Shown here: piece by piece, positions 6,865-17,692 of the stretch
How positions within the stretch are numbered: position 1 is the first letter of the stretch
Layout of the letters: each line of letters opens with the position of its first letter
From: Candidatus Nitrosopumilus koreensis AR1
GTDB taxonomy: Archaea > Thermoproteota > Nitrososphaeria > Nitrososphaerales > Nitrosopumilaceae
Assembly (NCBI RefSeq): GCF_000299365.1
Contig: NC_018655.1
Coordinates: forward strand, 840,001 to 872,000
Direction of reading: 5' to 3'
Length of the DNA: 32,000 nucleotides
Made by a program: the position numbers and the translations under genes
Notes under the pieces: model-generated
The model's database searches: none
The model's input: the letters and a program-made list of their open reading frames with translations, nothing else
Told to the model about the DNA's origin: nothing

Positions 6865-8274
6865 ATGTCAGACCTCTGCCTACTTTACAATTTAAATAAT
6901 AAACCAGCAAAATTGTGTCTATGGGTGGACGCCTTTGGAAAGACTCAAGCAAAAATAATACCCCTAGATTTATCTGAAAACCAATTTCAAATTTACAATA
7001 AAATTTCAAGAAATTATTCTCATTCATTTCTCTTTGAATCATTAACAGGGCCAGAAGTACTTGCCGAGACATCTGTAATGGGGTTTGACCCCAAAATAAT
7101 CCTAAAAGGGTATTCAGACAAGGTCGAGATAATTCAAGACGGAAAAACCAAGACAATACAAACTAACGACCCATTTTCAGAACTAAAAAAACTACTTGGA
7201 AGTTCAGATGATCAAAGTTATAGATATCTTGGAGGAGCAGTAGGAGTCGTAAATTACGATGCAATCAGAATGGTAGAAAATATTCCAGACAGACACAAAT
7301 CACCTCAGCCATTAATGGAGTTTGGAATTTATGATGATGGGTTATTGTATGATAATGTACATGAAAAATTGTTTTATTTTTTTCACGACGAAAACAGATT
7401 TGACAAATTAATTATGAATAATGACGAGTTTGGAGAATTCCATTCAAGTGAAGTTACACCAAATATGGATGAATCAAAATTTTCAGAGATTGTAAACAAA
7501 GCAAAAGAATACATCCATGACGGAGACATATTCCAAGTGGTTTTATCTCGCAAATTTGCATTTGACACTAACGGAGACAATCTTACACTTTACAAAACAT
7601 TACGAAAGCTAAATCCATCACCATACATGTATCATCTGAAACAAGACAATAAAACAATCATAGGCGCATCCCCAGAGATGTTGGTAAGGATTACCAATGA
7701 TAAAGTAGAGACATTTCCTATCGCAGGAACTAGAAAAATCACAGACGATGAGGAGAAAAATAAGCAATTAGCAGAGGAATTAATCCACGATGAAAAAGAA
7801 TTAGCAGAACACACAATGCTTGTAGATTTGGGAAGAAATGATATCGGCAGAGTTTGCAAATATGGAACAGTCCATCCAGAATCATTAATGGAGATAAAGA
7901 GATTCAGTCACGTTCAACACATTGTGAGTCATGTAGTAGGCAATTTGGCACCTGAAAATGACATGTTTGATGCATTTCAGGCAGTGTTTCCAGCAGGAAC
8001 AGTGTCAGGAGCACCCAAAGTGAGAGCCATGGAAATCATTGATGAACTGGAAACAGAGGCCAGAGGCCCATATGCAGGGGCAGTAGGATATTTCTCATAC
8101 AATGGATGTTGTGATTTTGCAATTGCAATCAGAAGCATCTTCATTGAAGACGGAAAAGGGTTTGTCCAATCAGGTGCAGGAATTGTTTCAGATTCAATTC
8201 CAGAAAACGAGTTCAAAGAAACAGAGCACAAAGCAGGGGCAATGCTACAAGCACTAAAGGAGGCATCCTCATGA
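6865..8274 (+). CDS. trpE: Anthranilate synthase component I
   Basis: Chorismate-utilising enzyme motifs FPIAGTRKI, GAPKVRAMEIIDELE; ATG at 6865 preferred over track start 6736, which lies upstream of the TATA box. Confidence 0.95.
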   Translation: MSDLCLLYNLNNKPAKLCLWVDAFGKTQAKIIPLDLSENQFQIYNKISRNYSHSFLFESLTGPEVLAETSVMGFDPKIILKGYSDKVEIIQDGKTKTIQTNDPFSELKKLLGSSDDQSYRYLGGAVGVVNYDAIRMVENIPDRHKSPQPLMEFGIYDDGLLYDNVHEKLFYFFHDENRFDKLIMNNDEFGEFHSSEVTPNMDESKFSEIVNKAKEYIHDGDIFQVVLSRKFAFDTNGDNLTLYKTLRKLNPSPYMYHLKQDNKTIIGASPEMLVRITNDKVETFPIAGTRKITDDEEKNKQLAEELIHDEKELAEHTMLVDLGRNDIGRVCKYGTVHPESLMEIKRFSHVQHIVSHVVGNLAPENDMFDAFQAVFPAGTVSGAPKVRAMEIIDELETEARGPYAGAVGYFSYNGCCDFAIAIRSIFIEDGKGFVQSGAGIVSDSIPENEFKETEHKAGAMLQALKEASS

Positions 8275-8867
8275 AATTTTTAATCATAGACAATTATGAT
8301 TCGTTTGTTTACAACATAGCACAATACTTGGGAGAACTAGGAGTAGATTGTGATGTGATTAGAAATGACAAGATCACCCTAAATGAAATTCAAGAAAAAA
8401 ATTATGATGCAATAATTATTTCTCCAGGTCCAGGAACTCCAGAAGATAAAAAATACTTTGGGGTCTGCAGTGATGTAATCAAAGATATGGGTTCAAACAC
8501 ACCCATACTAGGAGTGTGTCTTGGACATCAAGGAATAATTGACGCATTTGGAGGAAAAGTGACCAATGCAGGATGTGTAAGACATGGAAAAACAAGTCCA
8601 GTAGATCATACTGAATCAAAATTATTCAAAGATGTAAAAAATCCATTTAGAGCAACACGTTATCACAGTCTTGTTGGAGATAAAACAATCATTCCAGAAG
8701 TTCTAAAAGTCACAGCTACTGCATTAGATGACGGAGAAGTTATGGCAATAGAGCACAAAGACTATCTAATTCAAGGAGTGCAATTTCATCCCGAATCAAT
8801 AATGACAGAAGATGGGAAAAAAATCCTTGCAAACTTTATCAATCAAGTAAAGGAGAGGAAAAAATGA
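8271..8867 (+). CDS. trpG: Anthranilate synthase component II (glutamine amidotransferase)
   Basis: SPGPGTPEDKK, GVCLGHQGI, VQFHPES; ATGA overlap with trpE. Confidence 0.95.
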   Translation: MKFLIIDNYDSFVYNIAQYLGELGVDCDVIRNDKITLNEIQEKNYDAIIISPGPGTPEDKKYFGVCSDVIKDMGSNTPILGVCLGHQGIIDAFGGKVTNAGCVRHGKTSPVDHTESKLFKDVKNPFRATRYHSLVGDKTIIPEVLKVTATALDDGEVMAIEHKDYLIQGVQFHPESIMTEDGKKILANFINQVKERKK

Positions 8868-9910
8868 TTTCAGATTTAATTGAGAAACTTCAAAATAAGA
8901 CAGACCTCACGTATGACGAAATAAACCAAGTGATGACAGACGTTCTTTCTGGAAAGACAACTAATTCTGAAAATGCAAATTTCCTATCCAATCTAGCAGA
9001 CAAAGGAGAAACAGATGACGAGTTATTAGGAATGCTTGACAAAATGCAGGAATTCTCATTAAAAATTGAGCCTAAAAATGCTGGAACCATAATTGACATG
9101 TGTGGTACAGGAGGAGACAAGCTCCAGACATTCAACATATCAACTACAGCATCATTTGTAGTAGCTGCTGCGGGAGGAATTGTTGCCAAACACGGGAATC
9201 GTTCAAGTTCAGGGGCATCTGGCAGTGCAGATATTTTTGAGTATTTTGGATATGACTTAAATTTAGAACCACCTCAAATTGCAGAAATTTTAGAAAAACA
9301 CAACATCTGTTTTATGTTTGCACAAAAATTTCATCCTGCAATGAAACATGTCTCTGCAGCAAGAAAACAATTAGGAAAACGAACTGCATTTAATTTACTT
9401 GGCCCATTATCCAATCCAGCTAGAGTAAAAAACCAACTAGTAGGAGTTTTTTCAATAGAATACCTAGACAGATTACCACTAATCTTGAAGAGAAAAGGTG
9501 CAGAAAACATCATGACAGTACGCTCAGATGATGGGATGGATGAATTTTCTACCAGTTCAACTAACAGAGTATGCATTTTAAGAAATGGCAAAGTTTTGAT
9601 GAATGCAATTGATCCAGAAGTTGTAGGATTACACAAATCATCATTAAAAGACATTCAAATCAAAACCAAAGAAGATGCGATAAAGTCGTTTGTGAATGTT
9701 CTAAACAATACTGCAAATCAAGCAATGATCGAGACAACTGCACTTAATGCAGCAGGAGGATTAATTGTTGCAGACATTTCAAGTAATTTTGAAGAAGCAG
9801 TGGAGCTTGCATTAAACACAATTAAAGATGGTAAAGCATTCTCACTATTAGAGAAATTTGTACAAGATACAGGGGACATTACCAAGTTAAAGGAGATTAT
9901 AGATGGCTGA
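8864..9910 (+). CDS. trpD: Anthranilate phosphoribosyltransferase
   Basis: DMCGTGGDKLQTFNIST, KHGNRSSSGASGSADIFE, KRTAFNLLGPLSNPA. Confidence 0.95.
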   Translation: MISDLIEKLQNKTDLTYDEINQVMTDVLSGKTTNSENANFLSNLADKGETDDELLGMLDKMQEFSLKIEPKNAGTIIDMCGTGGDKLQTFNISTTASFVVAAAGGIVAKHGNRSSSGASGSADIFEYFGYDLNLEPPQIAEILEKHNICFMFAQKFHPAMKHVSAARKQLGKRTAFNLLGPLSNPARVKNQLVGVFSIEYLDRLPLILKRKGAENIMTVRSDDGMDEFSTSSTNRVCILRNGKVLMNAIDPEVVGLHKSSLKDIQIKTKEDAIKSFVNVLNNTANQAMIETTALNAAGGLIVADISSNFEEAVELALNTIKDGKAFSLLEKFVQDTGDITKLKEIIDG

Positions 9911-10679
9911 AAATATTCTTAGAAAACTGGTAAACAACTCACAAATGGCAATTAATGATGGGGTTTATGAAATAGAATCTAATTTGGAAAAATCAAACAA
10001 AGACTTTATTCAAATTATTAAGACAAATGGACATGCACCTCTGATTACAGAAATAAAATTTGCATCACCTTCCCTAGGTAAAATCCGCACACTCACTGAT
10101 CCTGTAAGCATTGCATCCCAAATGATAGCAGGAGGTTCAAAAGCACTATCGGTGTTGACGCAACCACACTTGTTTAATGGATCCCCCGAGTATTTTATGA
10201 AAGTAAGACAAGCAGTGGATGTTCCAATGTTAATGAAAGACATCATGATTGACAAAATTCAGATAGATGCCGCAAAAAAAATTGGAGCAGACTTTATGTT
10301 AGTAATTCAATCATTGTTTGATCAAAAGTATCTAAAAGACATTGATGATTTTATCGCATATGGTCACAAACAAGGACTGCAAATTCTTTTGGAAGTACAT
10401 ACAAAACAAGAATTTGAAAATGCCCTAAAAACACAAGCAGACTTAATTGGAATTAACAATAGAAATCTAGATACACTAGAAATCAATCTAAAGACTACTG
10501 AAGACATCTTGTCAGGAATTGAAAAAACAAGACCCATTTTATCTGAAAGCGGGATAGACACACCTGAAGACATACAATATCTAAAAAAGTGTGGAGCAGA
10601 CGCATTTCTAATAGGATCAAGCATAATGAAAAGTGAGAACATTGAAGAACAAGTAAGAAAATTGGTGAATGCGTATTGA
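9903..10679 (+). CDS. trpC: Indole-3-glycerol phosphate synthase
   Basis: [52 protein letters not shown]. Confidence 0.93.
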   Translation: MAENILRKLVNNSQMAINDGVYEIESNLEKSNKDFIQIIKTNGHAPLITEIKFASPSLGKIRTLTDPVSIASQMIAGGSKALSVLTQPHLFNGSPEYFMKVRQAVDVPMLMKDIMIDKIQIDAAKKIGADFMLVIQSLFDQKYLKDIDDFIAYGHKQGLQILLEVHTKQEFENALKTQADLIGINNRNLDTLEINLKTTEDILSGIEKTRPILSESGIDTPEDIQYLKKCGADAFLIGSSIMKSENIEEQVRKLVNAY

Positions 10680-11863
10680 AATATCCAAAAAATGGTAGGT
10701 TCGGAGAATTTGGTGGAAAATACATTCCAGAAACTCTAGTTCCAGCAATTGAAGAATTAGAAGAAAATTACCTAAAATTCAAAAATGATAAAAGTTTCAA
10801 AAAGGAATTAGACTATTATCTCAAAGTTTACGCAGGACGTCCAACGCCACTTTACTATGCAAAAAATCTATCAGAGAAGCTCGGAGGCGCAAAAATCTAT
10901 CTAAAAAGAGAAGACCTTCTACATGGAGGAGCTCACAAAATAAACAACACATTAGGTCAAGCACTTCTTGCAAAAAAAATGAAGAAAAAAAGAATCATTG
11001 CAGAGACAGGTGCAGGCCAACACGGAGTTGCAACTGCCATGGCATGTGCAGCATTAGGTATGAAGGCAGAAGTGTATATGGGATACAAAGATACTATCAG
11101 ACAAAAACTAAACGTATTTCGAATGAATCTACTTGGATCAAAGGTCCACCCAGTCAAATCAGGCTCAAAAACACTCAAGGATGCAATCAATGAGGCAATT
11201 AGGGATTGGATTACAAATGTAGAAACCACGTATTATCTACTGGGTTCGGCAGTAGGACCACACCCATATCCTGTCATGGTCAGAGATTTTCAAAGTGTAA
11301 TTGGAAATGAAATAAAATTACAAATGAAAAAACTAAACAAAACACCAGACAGTGTAATAGCATGTGTTGGTGGAGGTTCAAATGCTATTGGAACATTCTA
11401 CCCACTAGTAGATACAAATGCAGAAATTATTGGAGTAGAAGCTGCAGGTCATGGATTAAAATCAAAAAAACATTCTGCAACATTATCTGCTGGAAGCAAA
11501 GGTGTACTTCATGGAATGATGACATATCTACTTCAAAACAAAGAAGGACAGATTACAGAAACGCATAGTATTTCAGCTGGACTTGATTATCCAGGTGTAG
11601 GACCTGAGCATTCTTACTTTAAAGACACTAAACGAGTAAAATATCATTCAGCTACTGATACAGAGGTAATTGATGCATTTTTGATGCTAACTAGAACAGA
11701 AGGAATCATTCCAGCACTAGAATCAGCTCATGCAATTGCCGAAGCAATCAAAGTTGCAAGAAAAAGCAAAAAATCCGAATCAATCGTGGTAACACTTTCA
11801 GGCAGAGGAGACAAAGACGTAGAAGAAGTACAAAACTATATGAGTAAAAATGTCAAAGATTGA
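10676..11863 (+). CDS. trpB: Tryptophan synthase beta chain
   Basis: [55 protein letters not shown]. Confidence 0.96.
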   Translation: MKYPKNGRFGEFGGKYIPETLVPAIEELEENYLKFKNDKSFKKELDYYLKVYAGRPTPLYYAKNLSEKLGGAKIYLKREDLLHGGAHKINNTLGQALLAKKMKKKRIIAETGAGQHGVATAMACAALGMKAEVYMGYKDTIRQKLNVFRMNLLGSKVHPVKSGSKTLKDAINEAIRDWITNVETTYYLLGSAVGPHPYPVMVRDFQSVIGNEIKLQMKKLNKTPDSVIACVGGGSNAIGTFYPLVDTNAEIIGVEAAGHGLKSKKHSATLSAGSKGVLHGMMTYLLQNKEGQITETHSISAGLDYPGVGPEHSYFKDTKRVKYHSATDTEVIDAFLMLTRTEGIIPALESAHAIAEAIKVARKSKKSESIVVTLSGRGDKDVEEVQNYMSKNVKD

Positions 11864-12668
11864 AGAAAAATTTTCAGAGTTAAAAGAAAAAAAGCAAAAA
11901 GCTTTGATTTCATACATAATGGCAGGATTTCCAAATGAAAAAGCAACCATATCGGTTGTAAGAGGATTGGTAAAAGGAGGAGTAGACATCATAGAATTGG
12001 GATTTCCTTTCTCAGATCCACTGGCAGATGGTCCAGTTATTCAAAATGCAAGTACCATATCTCTTGATGGAGGCACGAAGATAAACAAATTTTTTTCACT
12101 AGTGAAAAAAATCAGAAAAGAGACAGACATACCACTTGTATTGATGACATATACCAACATCCTATACCATAGAGGGTATTCAAAATTCATCACAGATGCA
12201 AAAAAGGCAGGGATTGACGGATTCATTCTTCCAGACATGTCAGTAGAAGAGTCAAAAGAATATCTTCAAGCTGCTAAAAATATTGCAGATACCATATTTC
12301 TGATATCACCCAATACCAGTAAAACAAGAATTCAAAAAATTGTAAAAGCATCATCAGGTTTCTTGTATCTAGTTGCAGTGTATGGAACCACCGGAGTAAA
12401 AACAGGAATTAAAAATTATACAATAAAGGCAATCAAAAATGTCAAAAAACAAACCAAAGGAAAGATTCCAATAGGAGTTGGTTTTGGGGTATCGACTCCA
12501 GAAGACGTAAAGAAATACATCAACGCAGGAGCTGACGGAGTAATTGTCGGAAGTGCATATTTGAAATTAATTGAAAAGACACCTCAAAGCAAATTAGAGT
12601 CTAAAATAGAATCATTTACAAGATCTCTGAAAAGACAAACATTGCAGAAAAAAATAAGAACCGTCTAA
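11850..12668 (+). CDS. trpA: Tryptophan synthase alpha chain
   Basis: [46 protein letters not shown]; 14-nt overlap with trpB. Confidence 0.95.
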   Translation: MSKIEEKFSELKEKKQKALISYIMAGFPNEKATISVVRGLVKGGVDIIELGFPFSDPLADGPVIQNASTISLDGGTKINKFFSLVKKIRKETDIPLVLMTYTNILYHRGYSKFITDAKKAGIDGFILPDMSVEESKEYLQAAKNIADTIFLISPNTSKTRIQKIVKASSGFLYLVAVYGTTGVKTGIKNYTIKAIKNVKKQTKGKIPIGVGFGVSTPEDVKKYINAGADGVIVGSAYLKLIEKTPQSKLESKIESFTRSLKRQTLQKKIRTV

Positions 12669-12732
12669 GTAAGGTGGCCAAGTTTACAAACTGGCATTGA
12701 GGGGAAACTCGATTTCAGTTATGACCACCTAC
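12669..12732 (+). other. Putative structured RNA / 3' element of the trp transcript
   Basis: Outer stem GTA(a)GGTGG / CCACCTAC encloses hairpins CCAaGTT-TACA-AACTGG and ATTGAG-GGGAAA-CTCGAT; begins at the base after the trpA stop. Confidence 0.35.
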
Positions 12733-12848
12733 TAGATGTTCTCACCATATTATAATAAAAGAAAAATAAAAAATTCGTGTTATCAAAAACTAAAAGTTGT
12801 TCAAAAATCAAGATTTTTTTTTACAGCTGTATAGTTTTGGAAATAAAG

Positions 12849-12938
12849 TTATTTTTCATCAGATTCATCTGGCTCATTTGCCTTATCTCTCACTTTTTTC
12901 ATAACACAGAATTTTGCAAGAGTTTTCCTAAATCCCAT
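12849..12938 (-). CDS. Candidate small ORF (29 aa)
   Basis: MGFRKTLAKFCVMKKVRDKANEPDESDEK; weak, length only. Confidence 0.2.
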   Translation of the reverse strand: MGFRKTLAKFCVMKKVRDKANEPDESDEK

Positions 12939-13003
12939 AAAATACACACGTAATCAGGTAACTTAAGCATATTGATAGAATCTAATCAAAACCATAATCA
13001 AAA

Positions 13004-13117
13004 CTAGTTTATTTTTTGAATATCCTGACCACAATGAATGCAGAAAAATGACCCATTTTTGGACCAATAATGATTACAATCTGAATCAGTCATAGGACTT
13101 GATGGATATTTAGGCAT
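13004..13117 (-). CDS. Zinc-ribbon-like microprotein (37 aa), below track cutoff
   Basis: MPKYPSSPMTDSDCNHYWSKNGSFFCIHCGQDIQKIN; CxxH...CxxC arrangement. Confidence 0.55.
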   Translation of the reverse strand: MPKYPSSPMTDSDCNHYWSKNGSFFCIHCGQDIQKIN

Positions 13118-13183
13118 AAGAGAAAGGTTGTTCAAAACTTACAACACCATAAAGAAAAGATTTGATCTAATCCAATCCAACAA

Positions 13184-13870
13184 TTAAGAAATTTTAGTCA
13201 GTTTTTCATCCAAAGCGTTGACCTGGGTCATCAGGTTTTTTACAATGGTACCAATTTCATCAGTCTTGTTTTCTTTTGGTTTGTCTGTAGCGTCTGCCCA
13301 ATCCATCATTGCACCAAATATTGCCTTAACTTGTAATGAATTATCATATAGACCGTCTATGGAGATTTGTTTTTTCTTATTTGCATCGTTGGGATGAATT
13401 AGCAAATGCCCGTCTTTTAAAATAAGATATTTTTGATACACAACAGCATCTGCAAAATCAGCCAAAAACAAACCCCTAATTGCATTTTTTAGTTTTGGGT
13501 TGTATTGCATTTTGTTACAAGTCTTTTTGAGCATTTGACTTAGTGTTGTGTTTTCATCAAAACCACCTTTTAGTTGTGCAAAATCAACAATAATTTTTAA
13601 AAATTTTTCAAATACTTTAATGTGTGAATTAATGTAACATAACATAGAATACACTGCAAAAAATATCACTTCATCATGTTTTATTTCAAAGTCATCCAGT
13701 TTTCGTATAATTTCAGAAAATGAACGTGAAAATATTCTTTCAAAATTAATGAAATTCAGAAAGAATTTTTCATCATAATATTCATAATTAAAATGACATA
13801 GGCCTTTTTTTTCAATGTCATTGAGGATGACCATTGTAGCCTTGTAGTTGGGATCAGCGTTATGTGTCAC
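13184..13870 (-). CDS. Hypothetical protein (228 aa)
   Basis: Long ORF with soluble helical composition; no family recognised. Confidence 0.75.
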   Translation of the reverse strand: MTHNADPNYKATMVILNDIEKKGLCHFNYEYYDEKFFLNFINFERIFSRSFSEIIRKLDDFEIKHDEVIFFAVYSMLCYINSHIKVFEKFLKIIVDFAQLKGGFDENTTLSQMLKKTCNKMQYNPKLKNAIRGLFLADFADAVVYQKYLILKDGHLLIHPNDANKKKQISIDGLYDNSLQVKAIFGAMMDWADATDKPKENKTDEIGTIVKNLMTQVNALDEKLTKIS

Positions 13871-13907
13871 AGAATGTATGAATTTTGTACGAACTTAAGT
13901 TTTTGAT

Positions 13908-14087
13908 TTACATCAAACGTTCATTTTTTAGTTTCTGTTTATTTCGATAAACGATCAGATGGTAATTGATGATTTGTTTTAGTTTTTCTTCTATTGTTAA
14001 ATTATCATCGGTTGCAATACTTAGAAATCCAAAATAATCATCATCGTTTAGTTTGAGGCGAATCTCTCTCACCAGATATGTTGGCAT
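13908..14087 (-). CDS. Small hypothetical protein (59 aa), just below track cutoff
   Basis: MPTYLVREIRLKLNDDDYFGFLSIATDDNLTIEEKLKQIINYHLIVYRNKQKLKNERLM. Confidence 0.55.
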   Translation of the reverse strand: MPTYLVREIRLKLNDDDYFGFLSIATDDNLTIEEKLKQIINYHLIVYRNKQKLKNERLM

Positions 14088-14127
14088 AATTGAGCCTAAA
14101 AGAGAGGGTTATTGTAAAAACAGGCCC

Positions 14128-14967
14128 TTATCTCATAGCAATCAAACTAGTCTTTTTTGATAAAATTATGGTTGAGACTATAGAGACTGCAAGAATTAGC
14201 AAAGCAATGCTTTCAAACTCAGGAATCACATAAGACCCCATAATTTTAATTTCTCTAGAGTGAGGTTCCAAAGGGATTGTCAGTCGAGTAACAGTGTTAC
14301 CGCTTATGCTTGAATCAGATTCAAATTCTGTCATTTTTCCATCAATCCAGACAGATATAGGATTTTCAATTAATCCATTGGGCAAAGTTAGTACGATTTG
14401 TTCATTATTGGTATTGCCAGAAATTGTAAATGTCAATGTTCTTTCATCAGGGTTAACATGGACAGCATTTGACAAATAGACATCTAAAAAGTATTTTACT
14501 TCAAAACCAAGCCCGTCATCACTAAAACCTGATGCAACGCCATCTATTGATTTAACACTGCCAGGATCATTTATGACATGAACCACACCATTCATCCAAG
14601 GATGGATGCTGCAATAATAGTAAAAATCACCTAGTTTGTTAAATTGTTGTGTGTAAGCCTTTCCAGGAGAGAAAAATCCACTATCAAATAACCCGTCTTC
14701 TTCAAAATCACCTGTTTCAATACTTGATGCAGAAACAGACGTTACAGTGTGAAATGCAGTATCAGCATTAGACCATGTTACTGAATCGCCTGGAAAAACA
14801 GTAATCTCACCAGTAGTTACACCGGTATCTTTTTGAGACCAAAAATAAGGAAAATTCTCATCAGATGCACCTGAAGGAATTTTTATTTCATAACTTTCAG
14901 CAAAAGCAAAACCAGTGCCAGTTACCAATACTGCAAGTAAAGGTAATACGGCAAATGCAAGTTTCAT
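14128..14967 (-). CDS. Secreted plastocyanin/halocyanin-like type-1 copper protein, C-terminally anchored with a PEF-CTERM-like tail
   Basis: Signal peptide; AFHTVTS...YYYCSIHPWMNGVVHV (His plus CxxHxxM ligands); C-terminal YVIPEFESIALLILAVSIVSTIILSKK. Confidence 0.85.
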   Translation of the reverse strand: MKLAFAVLPLLAVLVTGTGFAFAESYEIKIPSGASDENFPYFWSQKDTGVTTGEITVFPGDSVTWSNADTAFHTVTSVSASSIETGDFEEDGLFDSGFFSPGKAYTQQFNKLGDFYYYCSIHPWMNGVVHVINDPGSVKSIDGVASGFSDDGLGFEVKYFLDVYLSNAVHVNPDERTLTFTISGNTNNEQIVLTLPNGLIENPISVWIDGKMTEFESDSSISGNTVTRLTIPLEPHSREIKIMGSYVIPEFESIALLILAVSIVSTIILSKKTSLIAMR

Positions 14968-15048
14968 GAATGTTTAATCTAATTGGTTGTATTTCAACCA
15001 CACCATGATCGACAAAACATACAAAAACCAGATACTCGTTTCATTAAT

Positions 15049-16650
15049 GTGCAGACGAAGTTTATTTTTGTCACAGGTGGTGTGATGTCTGGCCTTGGAA
15101 AAGGCGTAACAACTTCCTCGATTGCAAAATTACTACAGTTAGCAGACCAAAAAGTATCATGTATCAAAATAGACCCATATCTGAATTATGACGCAGGAAC
15201 CATGAATCCAGTAGCCCACGGAGAGGTGTTTGTCACAGATGACGGAGGGGAATGCGATATGGACATAGGAAACTATGAGAGATTCCTAAATCAAGACATT
15301 CCAAAAAGTCACAACATTACAACTGCCCAAGTTTACTCCTCAGTAATAGAGGCAGAAAGAAAAGGAGAATATTTGGGAGCATGTGTTCAAATTATCCCAC
15401 ATGTAACTGATGAGATCAAAAACAGGATTAGAAAAATTGCTGAAGATGAAAAACTAGATTTCTTAATTGTTGAATGTGGAGGCACTGTAGGAGATATTGA
15501 ATCATTACCATTTCTAGAAGCATTAAGACAGATGAGGGTAGAAGAAGGGCCCCAAGGTGTGATCTTTGTACATGTAACATTAGCTCCCTCACTGGATGTG
15601 GTAGGAGAACAAAAAACAAAACCAACTCAACACAGTGCACAAGAATTAAGAAGAATTGGTATTCAACCAGATTTTTTGGCAGTTAGATGTACTTTACCAT
15701 TAGAAGAAAAAACTAAAAAGAAAATTGCAATGTTTACAAATGTAACTGCCAAAGATGTTCTATCGTGTCATGATGCAAAATCAATTTTTGAAGTACCACA
15801 AATGCTCTATGATCAAGGAATCATGGATTCCATATTTACAAAATTTGGAATAGTAGGTATGGTCAACGCATCAGCAAACTGGGACAAGTGGAATAAAATT
15901 GCACAAAACATGGTAAATCATGAAGACCAAAAAGTAAAGATTGTAATGGTGGGAAAATACGTGACACTAACAGATAGTTATGTTAGCGTAAATCATGCAT
16001 TAAAACATGCAAGTGCACAAATTGGGAAATCAGTAGACATAGATTGGATTGATTCAGAATCAATTACAGATTATTCTATTTTATCAAATTATGATGGAAT
16101 CCTAGTCCCAGGAGGATTTGGTGCTAGAGGTTCTGAAGGAATTATTCAAACTGCAAACTATGCACGTGAAAACAACATACCATATCTTGGCATTTGTTTT
16201 GGATTCCAATTAGCCGCAATAGCATTTGGAAGAAATGTTTTGAAATTAGAAGATGCAAATTCTACTGAAATCAAACCGGATACAAAAAATCCAATAGTAG
16301 ATTTGCTACCAGAACAAAAAGACATCTCAGATATGGGAGGTTCTTTGAGATTAGGGGCCAATGACGTCATAATCAAAGAAAACACAAATGCTCAAAAAAT
16401 CTATGGTCAGACAACAATCAGTAAACGTCATAGACACAGATATGAGATCAACAAAGACTATATTCCAGAATTTGAGAAAAATGGGTTGATATTTTCAGCA
16501 GACAGTGATAACGGCAAAAGAATGGAGATGTTAGAGATTCCTAATCACAAATTCTACATAGGGGTACAATTTCATCCTGAGTTCAATAGCAGACCAGGAT
16601 TTCCTGAAGAAGTATTTTCAGCTTTTATCAAAGCAGCATCTGAAAAGTAA
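15049..16650 (+). CDS. pyrG: CTP synthase
   Basis: [40 protein letters not shown]-type amidotransferase half ([16 protein letters not shown]). GTG start at 15049 ([11 protein letters not shown]) preferred over 14983. Confidence 0.95.
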   Translation: MQTKFIFVTGGVMSGLGKGVTTSSIAKLLQLADQKVSCIKIDPYLNYDAGTMNPVAHGEVFVTDDGGECDMDIGNYERFLNQDIPKSHNITTAQVYSSVIEAERKGEYLGACVQIIPHVTDEIKNRIRKIAEDEKLDFLIVECGGTVGDIESLPFLEALRQMRVEEGPQGVIFVHVTLAPSLDVVGEQKTKPTQHSAQELRRIGIQPDFLAVRCTLPLEEKTKKKIAMFTNVTAKDVLSCHDAKSIFEVPQMLYDQGIMDSIFTKFGIVGMVNASANWDKWNKIAQNMVNHEDQKVKIVMVGKYVTLTDSYVSVNHALKHASAQIGKSVDIDWIDSESITDYSILSNYDGILVPGGFGARGSEGIIQTANYARENNIPYLGICFGFQLAAIAFGRNVLKLEDANSTEIKPDTKNPIVDLLPEQKDISDMGGSLRLGANDVIIKENTNAQKIYGQTTISKRHRHRYEINKDYIPEFEKNGLIFSADSDNGKRMEMLEIPNHKFYIGVQFHPEFNSRPGFPEEVFSAFIKAASEK

Positions 16651-16654
16651 TCAA

Positions 16655-17652
16655 TTATTCTATTTTAGAGATTTCATAGATTTTTTGCCTAGCATCTCTG
16701 ATTGAGACTTTCTTTTTCACATATCCTTTTTTGAGTAAATGACTTAGTGCAAGTCTAACAGTTCTATCTGGGAGAAGTGTCTTGTTTGCCAAGTCTTTTT
16801 GTGTCAGTGCACCTTCATATTCTAATGTCTTTAATAGTAACTTTGAGCTTGGAGGCATGCTAAGTAATTCTTCTGCCAGATGTACCTTTTTTGCAAGGGC
16901 AGAAATTGCAGTAGAATTTCTTTTTAGACGGATTATTTTTGCAGGTGGAAAAAATTGAGTGCACTCAACAGTCTTGCTAACCTTGTATCTATCCAAACCA
17001 TCAAGAACTACTTCACAGTGTAACCTAGCAGAAATATCATCAATTTCAATAGAGCTGTCATTAGATACTATGATTGGTCGTCTTGTAACATCAAGGGAGT
17101 TTACAGAAATTATTTCAAACACTGCAGAATCCTGAAATAAAACAGGACCGCCTGCAGACATGGAATAAGCTGAAGAGCCAATAGGCGTAGATACAATTAT
17201 GCCATCACTGTTATCGTGCCAGACTTCTTCCCCATTAACACGTAAAGTATGCTCCATCAACATTGCACTTCTAGATGAAAAAACTGCAACGTCATTAAGT
17301 ACAGGGTAAACATTTTTTCCATCAATTTTCACACCAAGTCGAGGAACTTCTTCAACAGTGTACTTTTGTTTTTTGAGAATATTGACATAAGACGAAAATT
17401 CTTTTAGATCAATTTGTGCCAAAAATCCACTTGATTCACCTTCACTGATTCCCAAAATAGGCAATGTCGAATCAAATGTGCGATGAAAGTAGTTTCGAAC
17501 CCCCTTATCGCCGCCCAAAACAATAATGCAATCAGCAGGTTTACTCTTTGATTTTGTAATGGCAAAAGATTTGATGCCAGCATCATCAAGTATTTTTTTA
17601 CAGTCTTAGCTGAATTACTTGTAGTACCAGACCCATAGATGCCTATTTGCAT
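16655..17652 (-). CDS. NAD kinase fused to a C-terminal winged-helix domain; reading frame interrupted once
   Basis: Two ORFs (17404..17652 and 16655..17518) join into MQIGIYGSGTTSNSAKTVKK-ILDDAGIKSFAITKSKSKPADCIIVLGGDKGVRNYF... if one A is added to the A7 run at 17593-17599. Confidence 0.85.
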
Positions 17653-17692
17653 AGAGTAAAGAGTTGATTGGCTTCAATAAAAGAATAATGAA

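Noticed and set aside
6854-11992. Many minus-strand and alternate-frame ORFs of 60-107 aa within the trp operon (e.g. 6854..7156, 8890..9189, 9331..9654, 10957..11229, 11362..11568)
   Set aside because: All lie inside strongly supported trp coding regions and have compositions typical of antisense translation.
12669-12732. Structured region as a tRNA, box C/D sRNA or hammerhead ribozyme
   Set aside because: No T-loop or anticodon-arm geometry, no C (RUGAUGA) plus D (CUGA) box pair, no CUGANGA...GAAA hammerhead core on either strand; kept only as an unclassified element.
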